DNA of 64,000 nucleotides from an uncultured Planctomycetales bacterium. GTDB taxonomy: Bacteria > Planctomycetota > Phycisphaerae > UBA1845 > JAFGLZ01. Of the stretch, positions 28,533-36,425 are shown piece after piece. Every line of letters starts with the position of its first letter. Within the stretch, counting starts at the first letter, position 1. A model generated the notes under the pieces. That model did no database searches. It saw nothing but the letters and a program-made list of their open reading frames with translations, and had not been told where the DNA came from. The stretch lies in contig CAZQTW010000007.1 of assembly GCA_964596165.1 (NCBI GenBank), positions 73,496 to 137,495 on the forward strand, given 5' to 3'. The position numbers and the translations under genes are program-made.

Positions 28533-29354
28533 TCACTTCACCGTGACGGGGGAGCCGATGCGCGCCGCGAGCACTTCCGACGCACTCCCACGGTTCACGG
28601 CGATTTCGAGAAGGCCGACGCTCCCGATCAGCGCAATCGCCGCGCCCACTTCCACTTGGGCATAGGTCTGGCGCAGGGGCCCAATATCGTGATCGCCGAG
28701 CCACACATGGGCGCCGGGCAGGACGTTGAGCGTATGCGCCAGCTCCTCTCGAGAAAGGTTGGTTACCATGTTGCCGAAACCGTCGACATAGACGACCTGG
28801 CCATGCACGGAATGGTCCGGCATTCGCTCCGGGCGAGGAAGGTTGAGCATCTCGATGTGGTCGGTGGGTGGTCCCAGGTCCGTTATCTTTCCCCCCCGTG
28901 CGAGGTGTCCGGCCGCCGGCGCCAAGATGTCGCGGCCATGGAACGTGCTGGTGGGCTGCTGCACGAACAAACCGCGGTTCCCAATTTCCCGCAGTATTTC
29001 GAGCCCCGCATCTCGTTGAAGGCATGACGCAATGCCGTTGTCGGGGCACAGCAAAAACTGGCCGCCGTATTGCGCCGCGATCAACCGTCGAGCCGTGCCC
29101 ACTTCCGGGTCGACCACAACCACGTGGATCGTCCCACGCGGGAAACTGGGCCAAACGGCCCGAATGACGAAGGCGGCCTGGACGACGTCGTGACGGGCTA
29201 TTTGATGGGTCACATCCACCAGTGTCGTCCGAGGGGCGATCTGCAGAATGATCCCCTTCATCGCCGCCACGTAGTGATCGTTCTGGCCGAAGTCCGTTGT
29301 GAGCGTGACGATGGGCATGGGCAACGTTTGCCTCAAGGTGTTCAGAAAGTCCAT
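28533..29354 (-). CDS. SAM hydrolase / SAM-dependent halogenase family protein (DUF62, SAM hydroxide adenosyltransferase-like)
   Basis: IVTLTTDFGQNDHYVAAMKGIIL, IHVVVVDPEVGT and LCPDNGI. Alternative ATG at 29318 (MPIVTLTTDFG). Confidence 0.8.
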   Translation of the reverse strand: MDFLNTLRQTLPMPIVTLTTDFGQNDHYVAAMKGIILQIAPRTTLVDVTHQIARHDVVQAAFVIRAVWPSFPRGTIHVVVVDPEVGTARRLIAAQYGGQFLLCPDNGIASCLQRDAGLEILREIGNRGLFVQQPTSTFHGRDILAPAAGHLARGGKITDLGPPTDHIEMLNLPRPERMPDHSVHGQVVYVDGFGNMVTNLSREELAHTLNVLPGAHVWLGDHDIGPLRQTYAQVEVGAAIALIGSVGLLEIAVNRGSASEVLAARIGSPVTVK

Positions 29355-29585
29355 TCGCCTCGGTCGGTTCACATTATCCTGGAGTTCATAACGTTGTCAA
29401 CGAACGGTCGCGCCGTGCCGATTTCCGGTAGGCCTTTGCCGAACGGCTTAACCGGCAGGCCCGCTCGTCACCTCGCCGTTTTCTGATCCGCTCGGTTACA
29501 GTGGCAACCCTGATCGTGGAGAAGAGAGCGGTTGCAGGGCAATTCCGTCAACCGATGTCGATTCTTAGGTGTCCCTCGCTGAAGG

Positions 29586-30071
29586 TCAGATCTTTCCGTC
29601 GTCGATGTGTCGTTCGTAGTGGAGATCGGCCAGCGGCTGAATGAGATCGGTCGTCCGCTCGATGCTGCCGTTGATACCCGTGCGAAGCGACAGTAGGATC
29701 ATGGCGGCGGCCGCTGCGCCCGCCGTCCGGGCGAGCGGACCCTCTATCTTGGGCCAAATCCCGACCGAAGGCTTGGCCTTCCGTAATTGATCCGCTTTGG
29801 GGGTTGCGCGAAGCGTGCGAGCAAGCATGCCGAGCGCCCGTTCGTTGGCCCGGCCGATCAGCCCGATCGGGGCGGCCTGGGTCGCCAACAACGTAAACCC
29901 GGCGCTCACGCGAGAAATCCGTTGAATCCGTGCCCGACACTTCGGGCAGGTCGCCGCGTGTTCAAGAAGTCTCTCCGGTACGGGTCCGCCCTTATCGATC
30001 CACCGCGTCAACAACGCACGGCGGGTTCGGCACCGCCCATCGGTCCCGCCTTGTGTTCGCCGTGCTCTCAT
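29586..30071 (-). CDS. Anti-sigma factor with zinc-binding ZAS motif
   Basis: H-x3-C-x2-C motif in LEHAATCPKC. The start codon overlaps the sigma gene stop (TAATG at 30069-30073). Confidence 0.6.
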   Translation of the reverse strand: MRARRTQGGTDGRCRTRRALLTRWIDKGGPVPERLLEHAATCPKCRARIQRISRVSAGFTLLATQAAPIGLIGRANERALGMLARTLRATPKADQLRKAKPSVGIWPKIEGPLARTAGAAAAAMILLSLRTGINGSIERTTDLIQPLADLHYERHIDDGKI

Positions 30072-30652
30072 TACGACTCCTCCTTCGCCAGCATCACCGA
30101 CAGCCGAATGACCGCCTGTCGGCGGTACACCCTGGCCGTTCCGTCGGTGATTCCCAGAATCCTGGACACCGAGCGATAGTCATGGCCCGCCAAGTCGTGA
30201 AGGACGACCACATCCCGAAGATGTGGCGGCAAATCCATGACGGCCTGTCGCACACGATCCACCATCCCCAGGTGATCCAGGTTGGCGCTCACGTCCGGGC
30301 TCTCTGGGCGATGCGCCCGCCGGGCGACCATCGCAAGGCGGTCACGCTCCCGCTTCCGTCGGCGCATGAGTTCGATGGCCGCATTCATCGCGGCCCTGTA
30401 GAAATAGGCGCCGCGATCACCTCTGATGCCCTTGTTGGTCCTCGCCGCCAGTTGGCACACCACGCTCTGATAGGCGTCGCACACGTCCTGCTCGCGCCCC
30501 AACATCCGCCAGAGAACCGCAACAATATCGGGGCCATGGCGCTGCAGAAGTGTGAGGATCCACTTCTGACCTGCGGCGGTGTCGGCCGAGGCCAGTTCCT
30601 CCAATATCCCGCGGAGGCTCGCGGGTAGGCTGGCAACAGCGATTCGGGACAT
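30071..30652 (-). CDS. ECF-type RNA polymerase sigma-70 family factor
   Basis: Region 2 (DVCDAYQSV...AYFYRAAMNAAIELMRRR) and region 4 (LPPHLRDVVVLHDLAGHDYRSVSRILGITDGTARVYRRQAV). 193 aa. Confidence 0.85.
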   Translation of the reverse strand: MSRIAVASLPASLRGILEELASADTAAGQKWILTLLQRHGPDIVAVLWRMLGREQDVCDAYQSVVCQLAARTNKGIRGDRGAYFYRAAMNAAIELMRRRKRERDRLAMVARRAHRPESPDVSANLDHLGMVDRVRQAVMDLPPHLRDVVVLHDLAGHDYRSVSRILGITDGTARVYRRQAVIRLSVMLAKEES

Positions 30653-30676
30653 GCCCGGTCCCCTGTTTCACCCTCA

Positions 30677-30705
30677 TTATAGACGGCCACCAAGTGGCTG
30701 TGTTA
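30677..30705 (-). promoter_or_regulatory. ECF-type promoter candidate for the sigma/anti-sigma operon
   Basis: On the minus strand: TAACAC (30705-30700), 14 nt, CGTCTATAA (30685-30677), i.e. AAC-N16-CGT. It lies 24 nt upstream of the sigma ATG. Confidence 0.5.
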
Positions 30706-30747
30706 ATCGAAATACTTTCGGCCGCGAGGCGGCCATCCCCGGGGCGC

Positions 30748-30776
30748 TAACACCTCGTCTGGTTCCACGTCTATAA
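30748..30776 (+). promoter_or_regulatory. ECF-type promoter candidate for the GspE-like operon
   Basis: TAACAC (30748-30753), 14 nt, CGTCTATAA (30768-30776). The hexamer, spacing and 9-mer are identical to the divergent copy. It lies 28 nt upstream of the ATG at 30805. Confidence 0.5.
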
Positions 30777-30804
30777 CCTCGGAAGGCAACAAGGATCCTT
30801 CATC

Positions 30805-31977
30805 ATGGCCCGTAGCGATACCCCACCCTCCGATGCGGTTGTCAAGTTAGTGGACGGTCTACTGGCCCGCGCGGTTCGCGAACGGGCCAGCGACGTCCAC
30901 TTCGAGCCCGCCGAGCGGCAACTGCTCGTCCGATTCCGGCTCGACGGTCTCCTTCATGACATCGAGCGTCTGCCGGCCGAGATCGCTGACAACGTGATCG
31001 CCCGGCTCAAGGTGATGGCCGCCTTGTTGACTTATCGCATCGATATCCCGCAGGAGGGCTCGCTGCCGGCATCGCACTTCTCGGCGGGTGGAGACTCCGC
31101 CGCGCTGGACATGCGGGTGGCAACGTTCCCGACGATTCGCGGCGAGCGCGCCGTCGTGCGAATCATGTATTCGGGCTCGGGTATCGGTGAACTCAGTGAA
31201 CTGGGCTTTGCAACCGACATAGTTCGGCTGCTTCGCAAGGCGGGCGAGCAACAGTCCGGCCTCGTGGTCGTCACCGGACCGGCCGGCGCGGGCAAGAGCA
31301 CCACGCTCTACGCCATTGCCAGGCACATCCTGGCGTCCACACCCGGTCGCAGCGTCGTCGCGCTCGAGGACCCCGTCGAGCAGCGCGTCGAGGGGATGAC
31401 GCAGATTCAGATCGCCCCGCACGGCGAGCTGGACTATCCGCGGGCGATGCGATCGCTGCTCCGTCAGGACCCACAGGTCCTTCTGATCGGCGAGGTTCGA
31501 GACGCGCACACGGCCAATGTGGTCGTCGAGGCGGCGCTGACCGGCCACCTGCTCCTGACGACCATGCACAGCGGCGATCCGGCCGAGGCCGTCATCCGAC
31601 TCCTGGAAATGGGAGTGCCTCCGTATCAGGTCGTGAGCACGTTGAGTCTGGTCTGTTCGCAGCGGCTCGTCCGGAGGTTGTGTCCGGCCTGTCGCCGCCA
31701 GACCGGCCGACCGGAGGAGCCTTTTCAGCGAGCGGGATGCGACGAATGCCACCAGACCGGCTATCGCGGGCGGATCGGCTGTGGGCAGGTCCTTCTGATG
31801 GACGACTCCGTCCGCCCGGCGATCCTTGCCCATGCGACGACGGCCGGACTCCGGGAGATCGCCTTGCGGCAGGGCCCGAGCCTGGCGGACGATGCCGGTC
31901 GCCTGGTCCGCGAAGGCCACACCGACGCGGACGAGGTGCGGCGGATCATCGGCCAACCGGTTGGCCAAGGAGTGTGA
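30805..31977 (+). CDS. GspE/PilB-family secretion ATPase, short form lacking the N1 domain
   Basis: ASDVHFEP...RFRLDGLL, Walker A GPAGAGKSTT, the Asp box, Walker B LLIGEVRD, the His box TGHLLLTTMHS, and a tetracysteine CPACR...CDECHQTGYRGRIG. Only 390 aa. Confidence 0.9.
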   Translation: MARSDTPPSDAVVKLVDGLLARAVRERASDVHFEPAERQLLVRFRLDGLLHDIERLPAEIADNVIARLKVMAALLTYRIDIPQEGSLPASHFSAGGDSAALDMRVATFPTIRGERAVVRIMYSGSGIGELSELGFATDIVRLLRKAGEQQSGLVVVTGPAGAGKSTTLYAIARHILASTPGRSVVALEDPVEQRVEGMTQIQIAPHGELDYPRAMRSLLRQDPQVLLIGEVRDAHTANVVVEAALTGHLLLTTMHSGDPAEAVIRLLEMGVPPYQVVSTLSLVCSQRLVRRLCPACRRQTGRPEEPFQRAGCDECHQTGYRGRIGCGQVLLMDDSVRPAILAHATTAGLREIALRQGPSLADDAGRLVREGHTDADEVRRIIGQPVGQGV

Positions 31978-31980
31978 ACC

Positions 31981-33180
31981 GTGCCTTGGTTTGAATATGA
32001 AGGGGTGTGTCCCGGCGGGACGGCGATTGCGGGCCGAGTCGAGGCCGAGAGCCACGACGCGGCACAGCGGCTCCTCGGCGAGACGATGCGGGTTGTCCTG
32101 AGCGAAGTGCGCGAGGCGAAGCCACCACCCGCAAAGGCTGCCATCGGAGAAGCGGACCTCATCTTCTTCAACGAACAACTGGCCTCATTGGCCTCGGCGG
32201 GACTGGCGCTCGACGAAGGGCTTCAACAGCTCGCCCGTGATGTCGACTCGCCTCGGCTTCGAGGCTTCATCGAGGCGGTGGCGGTGGACCTTCGCCGCGG
32301 CGAGACCATCGAGCAGGCGATCGCCAAGCACGAAGCTCAATTACCTTTGCTCTACAGCCGAGTCATTCGCGCCGGCGTCCAGAGCGGTCAGCTCCCCGCA
32401 ACGCTGCTGAACCTCAACCAGCACCTGCGGCTCATGGGCATGACGCGCCAGGTCCTTTGGGAGATTCTGGCGTACCCCATCTTCGTACTGGTGGCCGGGC
32501 TGATAATCGTGTCGCTCTTTTTCATCAAGGTCGTGCCGCAGTTCAAGGAGATCTTTTACGACTTTGGATCAAAACTCCCAGGACCTACGCTTCTATTGCT
32601 TAGGGTGGCCGACTCGTTTCCACGTATCCTCATTGCGGTGGGCGTCATTGCCGTCCTCATTGTTGTCGGGTGGCAACTTCTGAAGCTGACGCCCGGTGGC
32701 CGACGATTTCGAGAGCGCTTCGTGGCCGCCATTCCCATCGTGGGGCGAGTCTATCGTGCCTCGCTGGTCTCGCGATTCGTCCGGTCGGTGGCCACCAGCG
32801 TCCAGGCGGGCGTCACGCTGCCCGAGGCCCTTCGACTGGCGGGCGGCGCTACCGGGAGTCCCGGACTGGGCGTCGAGGCCGACCGAATCGCCGCCGACGT
32901 CGAGCGGGGCGGGTCGATCTTCGAGGCCTCACAACTCTGCCAATGGATACCCGCCATCTTCGGATACACGGTTCAGGTGGCATTAGGTCGCGACGCGTTG
33001 TCATCCGCCCTGATGCAGCTTTCGGACACCTACGAATCACGCGCAACCCACTATCAATCGATGTTGCGAGTCATCATGTTCCCTGTCGTGGTGATCCTCG
33101 TCGGCGGCTTCATTGCATTGGGTGTGATCGGGCTTTTCCTGCCGCTGGTAAGCCTGGTCAACGCGGTGAGCGGCGGCTGA
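31981..33180 (+). CDS. Type II secretion system F (GspF/PilC) platform protein
   Basis: 399 aa. Two T2SSF repeats (FFNEQLASLASAGLALDEGL...; FVRSVATSVQAGVTLPEAL...), three TM segments and a PQFKEIFYDFGSKLPGPT linker. GTG start. Confidence 0.85.
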   Translation: MPWFEYEGVCPGGTAIAGRVEAESHDAAQRLLGETMRVVLSEVREAKPPPAKAAIGEADLIFFNEQLASLASAGLALDEGLQQLARDVDSPRLRGFIEAVAVDLRRGETIEQAIAKHEAQLPLLYSRVIRAGVQSGQLPATLLNLNQHLRLMGMTRQVLWEILAYPIFVLVAGLIIVSLFFIKVVPQFKEIFYDFGSKLPGPTLLLLRVADSFPRILIAVGVIAVLIVVGWQLLKLTPGGRRFRERFVAAIPIVGRVYRASLVSRFVRSVATSVQAGVTLPEALRLAGGATGSPGLGVEADRIAADVERGGSIFEASQLCQWIPAIFGYTVQVALGRDALSSALMQLSDTYESRATHYQSMLRVIMFPVVVILVGGFIALGVIGLFLPLVSLVNAVSGG

Positions 33181-33208
33181 GTCTTGTCGTGCAACGAGGT
33201 GGCGACCC

Positions 33209-34885
33209 ATGTTGGTCTTCCCGATCCTCTTTGTGGCCCTGGTCCTGTTCACCGGCGGGGTCGCCCTGGCCGTCACGGAGCGACGGCGGGGTATCGCCCG
33301 TACCGTCGTTCGCCAGATGGCCATGGTGACGTCGCAGAATCTGCCGCTCGGCACCGGCCTGATGCTCGCGGGCAGAGGCGAACGGGGAAAGGCCGGCAGA
33401 ATCCTCCAGCGCGTCGCCGATCTGGTTTCCCAGGGCGTGCCGCTGGGCGAGGCCGTCGTGCAAGGCTACCCCAATTGCCCGGGCCTGATCGTCAGCGTCA
33501 TTCAGGCCGCCCAGCAGGTGGGGCGACTGGCCGGCGCCTTGCGCATGCTGAGTCGCGATCTGGACCGGCACGAGCGGCGTCGGTCGAAGATCATGCCGCT
33601 GGCGATCATCTACGCACTGTTCCTGTTGTTCGTCCTGCTCATCGTGTGGACGAGCATCATGATCGTCATCGTGCCGAAATTCAAAGAGATATTCTCCGAC
33701 TTCGGGGCGAAGCTACCGGGGGTAACTGTCTTCGCCATGCAGTTATCCGAGGACGTGGCCAACCGAATCCTCATTCCGGTGGCGGTCTTCTGGCTGGTCC
33801 TGGCCATTCCGTTCGGATTGTACCGCCTGTTCCGCCCTCGGGCGTCGGGTCGATCCAAAGGTCGCGACACCGTCGTAATCTTGCTCCGCGTCGTGGTGGT
33901 GTTGATGTTGCTCGTGCTGGTCGGCATGGTCTCTTCGCCAATCTCTGTCCTTTCCAGGACGGGTTGGAATCCGACCATCCTATTGGCTTCTCCGCCCGGC
34001 GACTTCGCCAGGTTGGATCCGCTCGTGACACTTGCCGTTTTGGTAGTGGTCTTGGCGCTCGTAGTGGGGTTCAACCGCATCGTGTGGTACCGTTCCGGCT
34101 ATCCACCTGAACTACTGAGTCGAATTGTTCAGCAGATCCGCCGTGTGAGGATCCAGGGCGTGGCCGCCGCGTTTCTCTGCGTGGTCATCCTGATGGAACT
34201 GGCCGTACTGTTCATGATCGTGGGACTGTTTCTGTTCCGGCCGGCCGGCCTCGCGATGAGTCTCACCGATATCCGGCGCCACGGCGTTGAGTGTGTCGTC
34301 GAGATGCCGTGGGTGCCGCTGGGTATTGTTGGATTCTTTCTGGCAATTCCACTGAGTCTGCACTGGGTGTTTCGATCTCGCCGGCCGGCGCGACCTTTCA
34401 CAGCCTCCGTGATCGCCGACGGCGTTCGATGGCGCATGCCCGGCCTCGGACGAATGCAGATGGCCGAGGGCATGGCGACGTTCGCCTCGCTCCTTCGACT
34501 CTTCGTGGGCGCGGGGATGCCGCTGGGTCGGGCCGCCGCTCTCGCCGGCGAGGCGGACATGAATGCCGTGCTGCGTCAGCGGGTCCGACGGTTTGCGGAA
34601 ATGATCGATCTCGGAACGCCGCCGCCCATGGCGGCCGACCAGGCCGGCCTCGGCATGATCCTCGCCACCGCGCTGCGGAGCGGACAAGTCGGCGACCGAT
34701 TGGATGCGTCGCTGCGATTCGCGGCCGACTACTACCGATCGATCGTCAGTCGGTTCTGGATCGTCCTCCGCACGATCATGTGGCCGGTGCTAACGCTGAT
34801 CATGGCCGTTCTCGTCGGGACGTTCGTCGCGGCGATGTTCCTGCCGCTCGTGGCCCTTATCAATGCGGTCCTGGAAACGGTGTGA
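33209..34885 (+). CDS. Divergent GspF-like platform paralog with a large multi-TM insertion
   Basis: 558 aa. It has an extra N-terminal TM and T2SSF repeat 1 (VTSQNLPLGTGLMLA...), then PKFKEIFSDFGAKLPGVT. An insertion of about 190 aa (residues about 210-400) carries at least 4 hydrophobic helices. T2SSF repeat 2 follows (FASLLRLFVGAGMPLGRA...). Confidence 0.75.
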   Translation: MLVFPILFVALVLFTGGVALAVTERRRGIARTVVRQMAMVTSQNLPLGTGLMLAGRGERGKAGRILQRVADLVSQGVPLGEAVVQGYPNCPGLIVSVIQAAQQVGRLAGALRMLSRDLDRHERRRSKIMPLAIIYALFLLFVLLIVWTSIMIVIVPKFKEIFSDFGAKLPGVTVFAMQLSEDVANRILIPVAVFWLVLAIPFGLYRLFRPRASGRSKGRDTVVILLRVVVVLMLLVLVGMVSSPISVLSRTGWNPTILLASPPGDFARLDPLVTLAVLVVVLALVVGFNRIVWYRSGYPPELLSRIVQQIRRVRIQGVAAAFLCVVILMELAVLFMIVGLFLFRPAGLAMSLTDIRRHGVECVVEMPWVPLGIVGFFLAIPLSLHWVFRSRRPARPFTASVIADGVRWRMPGLGRMQMAEGMATFASLLRLFVGAGMPLGRAAALAGEADMNAVLRQRVRRFAEMIDLGTPPPMAADQAGLGMILATALRSGQVGDRLDASLRFAADYYRSIVSRFWIVLRTIMWPVLTLIMAVLVGTFVAAMFLPLVALINAVLETV

Positions 34886-34887
34886 TC

Positions 34888-35319
34888 ATGAGAGGTGCAA
34901 CCCAAGACATCGTTGCACGTGATGCCGTGCTCGGCGTGCCTGTCGCTGCATCGGCGCGCCGGGGCATTATCAACACGGAGATGATGGCGAGCATCGTGAT
35001 CCTGATGCTCGTCGCCGGACTTCTGCTGGCGATGTCGTCCGCCTACGTGCGGTCCCGCGGTGATCTGATGCGCGAGCGCGTGCTGCGGCTTGCCGCTCAG
35101 GCCCAACTGGAGCGGTACCGGGCCGGTGTTCGACTGGACACACCGCCGCCGGCTGACACTCTCCCCGACGGCGTCACACTGAAGACGACCACCACGCCCG
35201 GCAGCGGCGTGTGGACCGGCATGACCCAGGTGACGGTGACGGCCAGCGCGCTCGACGTCAAGAAGCGGGAGCACCACGTAACGATCTCCGGCTATCTTCG
35301 GGAGGTATCGACGAAATGA
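34888..35319 (+). CDS. Pseudopilin-like protein with degenerate prepilin signal
   Basis: ATG is 2 nt after the preceding stop. ...SARRG|IINTEMMASIVILMLVAGLLLA has Gly at -1, Glu at +5 and a hydrophobic helix. 143 aa. Confidence 0.5.
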   Translation: MRGATQDIVARDAVLGVPVAASARRGIINTEMMASIVILMLVAGLLLAMSSAYVRSRGDLMRERVLRLAAQAQLERYRAGVRLDTPPPADTLPDGVTLKTTTTPGSGVWTGMTQVTVTASALDVKKREHHVTISGYLREVSTK

Positions 35320-35840
35320 CCCCTACCCGACCCAGAGCCTTCACGCTGTTCCACACGCTGATGGCCGTCACGCTGGCCGGTGTCGCACTGAGCATCGGAA
35401 TGCCGATGATCATGCAATCGATCGGAATCCAGAAGCGGGTTTCAATGTGGGTGAATGATGACGCCGTAACCCAGCAGATCATCCGGCAGGTGCGCCGCGA
35501 TATGTCGTCAGCAAACCAGGTGGAGATCGTTCAAGATCAATTCCCCGTCCTGCTGCTGCGCGGGCCCGTAGGCCAGGTGCGATATGAGAATACGCCCGAT
35601 GGCATCGTCCGCCTCGCGACGCCGACGGGCCGAACGCCTTCTCGGTCGCTCTACCCACTTCGTCGCTCGGTGATTGACTGGCGTTGCGAGCGGGTCGATG
35701 CGGGAGGCACCATCATCTGGCTCGTCGTGGAAATCCGCGATCCCGTTGGAAAGCAGCGCGGGAAGACCGTCACCATGAACCAGCGATATGCCACCGCGTT
35801 GCGTCCGGGCATATCGGCGAGGCAGGAGGACGTGCGATGA
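35316..35840 (+). CDS. Pseudopilin-like protein (atypical: Ala -1, His +5)
   Basis: ATGA start/stop overlap at 35316-35319. The N-terminus is MTPTRPRA|FTLFHTLMAVTLAGVALSIG. 174 aa. Confidence 0.45.
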   Translation: MTPTRPRAFTLFHTLMAVTLAGVALSIGMPMIMQSIGIQKRVSMWVNDDAVTQQIIRQVRRDMSSANQVEIVQDQFPVLLLRGPVGQVRYENTPDGIVRLATPTGRTPSRSLYPLRRSVIDWRCERVDAGGTIIWLVVEIRDPVGKQRGKTVTMNQRYATALRPGISARQEDVR

Positions 35841-36226
35841 GGCGCAGGGGCTTCGGGCTCATCCTGGTTCTGGCCGTCATGACGCTGGTCGGAACGGCGC
35901 TCACGCTCATGGCGTTGCACGTGGGACAGTTGGCGCGGCAGCGTCAGCACGATCGCGCCCGAACGTTCGCGCAGGTCGTGCTCGACAGCGGAGTGGCCTA
36001 TGCCCGTTCACACCGGGGCCCGGTCGCTACGGCGCCCAGCACCACCGAGGTTGCGCTTCCGACGGAAGGCCTCTTGCCCGCGCCGGCCAGGGCAAGCCTT
36101 ACGCTCCAGCCGGCCGACGACGGATCGATCCGCGTCATTGCACGCGTCGACTACGGCCGCGCCCACGCCACCGAAGAGGCCGTGATCGCGACGACAGTCC
36201 CGGCCGGCAGGCCACGAACGCCGTAA
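35837..36226 (+). CDS. GspK-like or minor-pseudopilin-like small protein
   Basis: ATGA overlap at 35837-35840. The N-terminus MRRRGFGLILVLAVMTLVGTAL resembles GspK N-termini. 129 aa. Confidence 0.4.
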   Translation: MRRRGFGLILVLAVMTLVGTALTLMALHVGQLARQRQHDRARTFAQVVLDSGVAYARSHRGPVATAPSTTEVALPTEGLLPAPARASLTLQPADDGSIRVIARVDYGRAHATEEAVIATTVPAGRPRTP

Positions 36227-36425
36227 GGGGCTGGTCAAGCCTACTTCCTCTTGAGAATGGCTCGCCAGCCCGTCGGGGGGACGTACCCTCGGTAGATATT
36301 CAGGTTGCTTGACCGGACGTTTTCGACGGTGGTGAGGACGTCGGAATCGACGGCTTCCCACCCATTCATCATACCGGTTCCCATGAATGCGGGGGTTGGT
36401 GAATTGCCGACCCGGGCCGAAGAGT

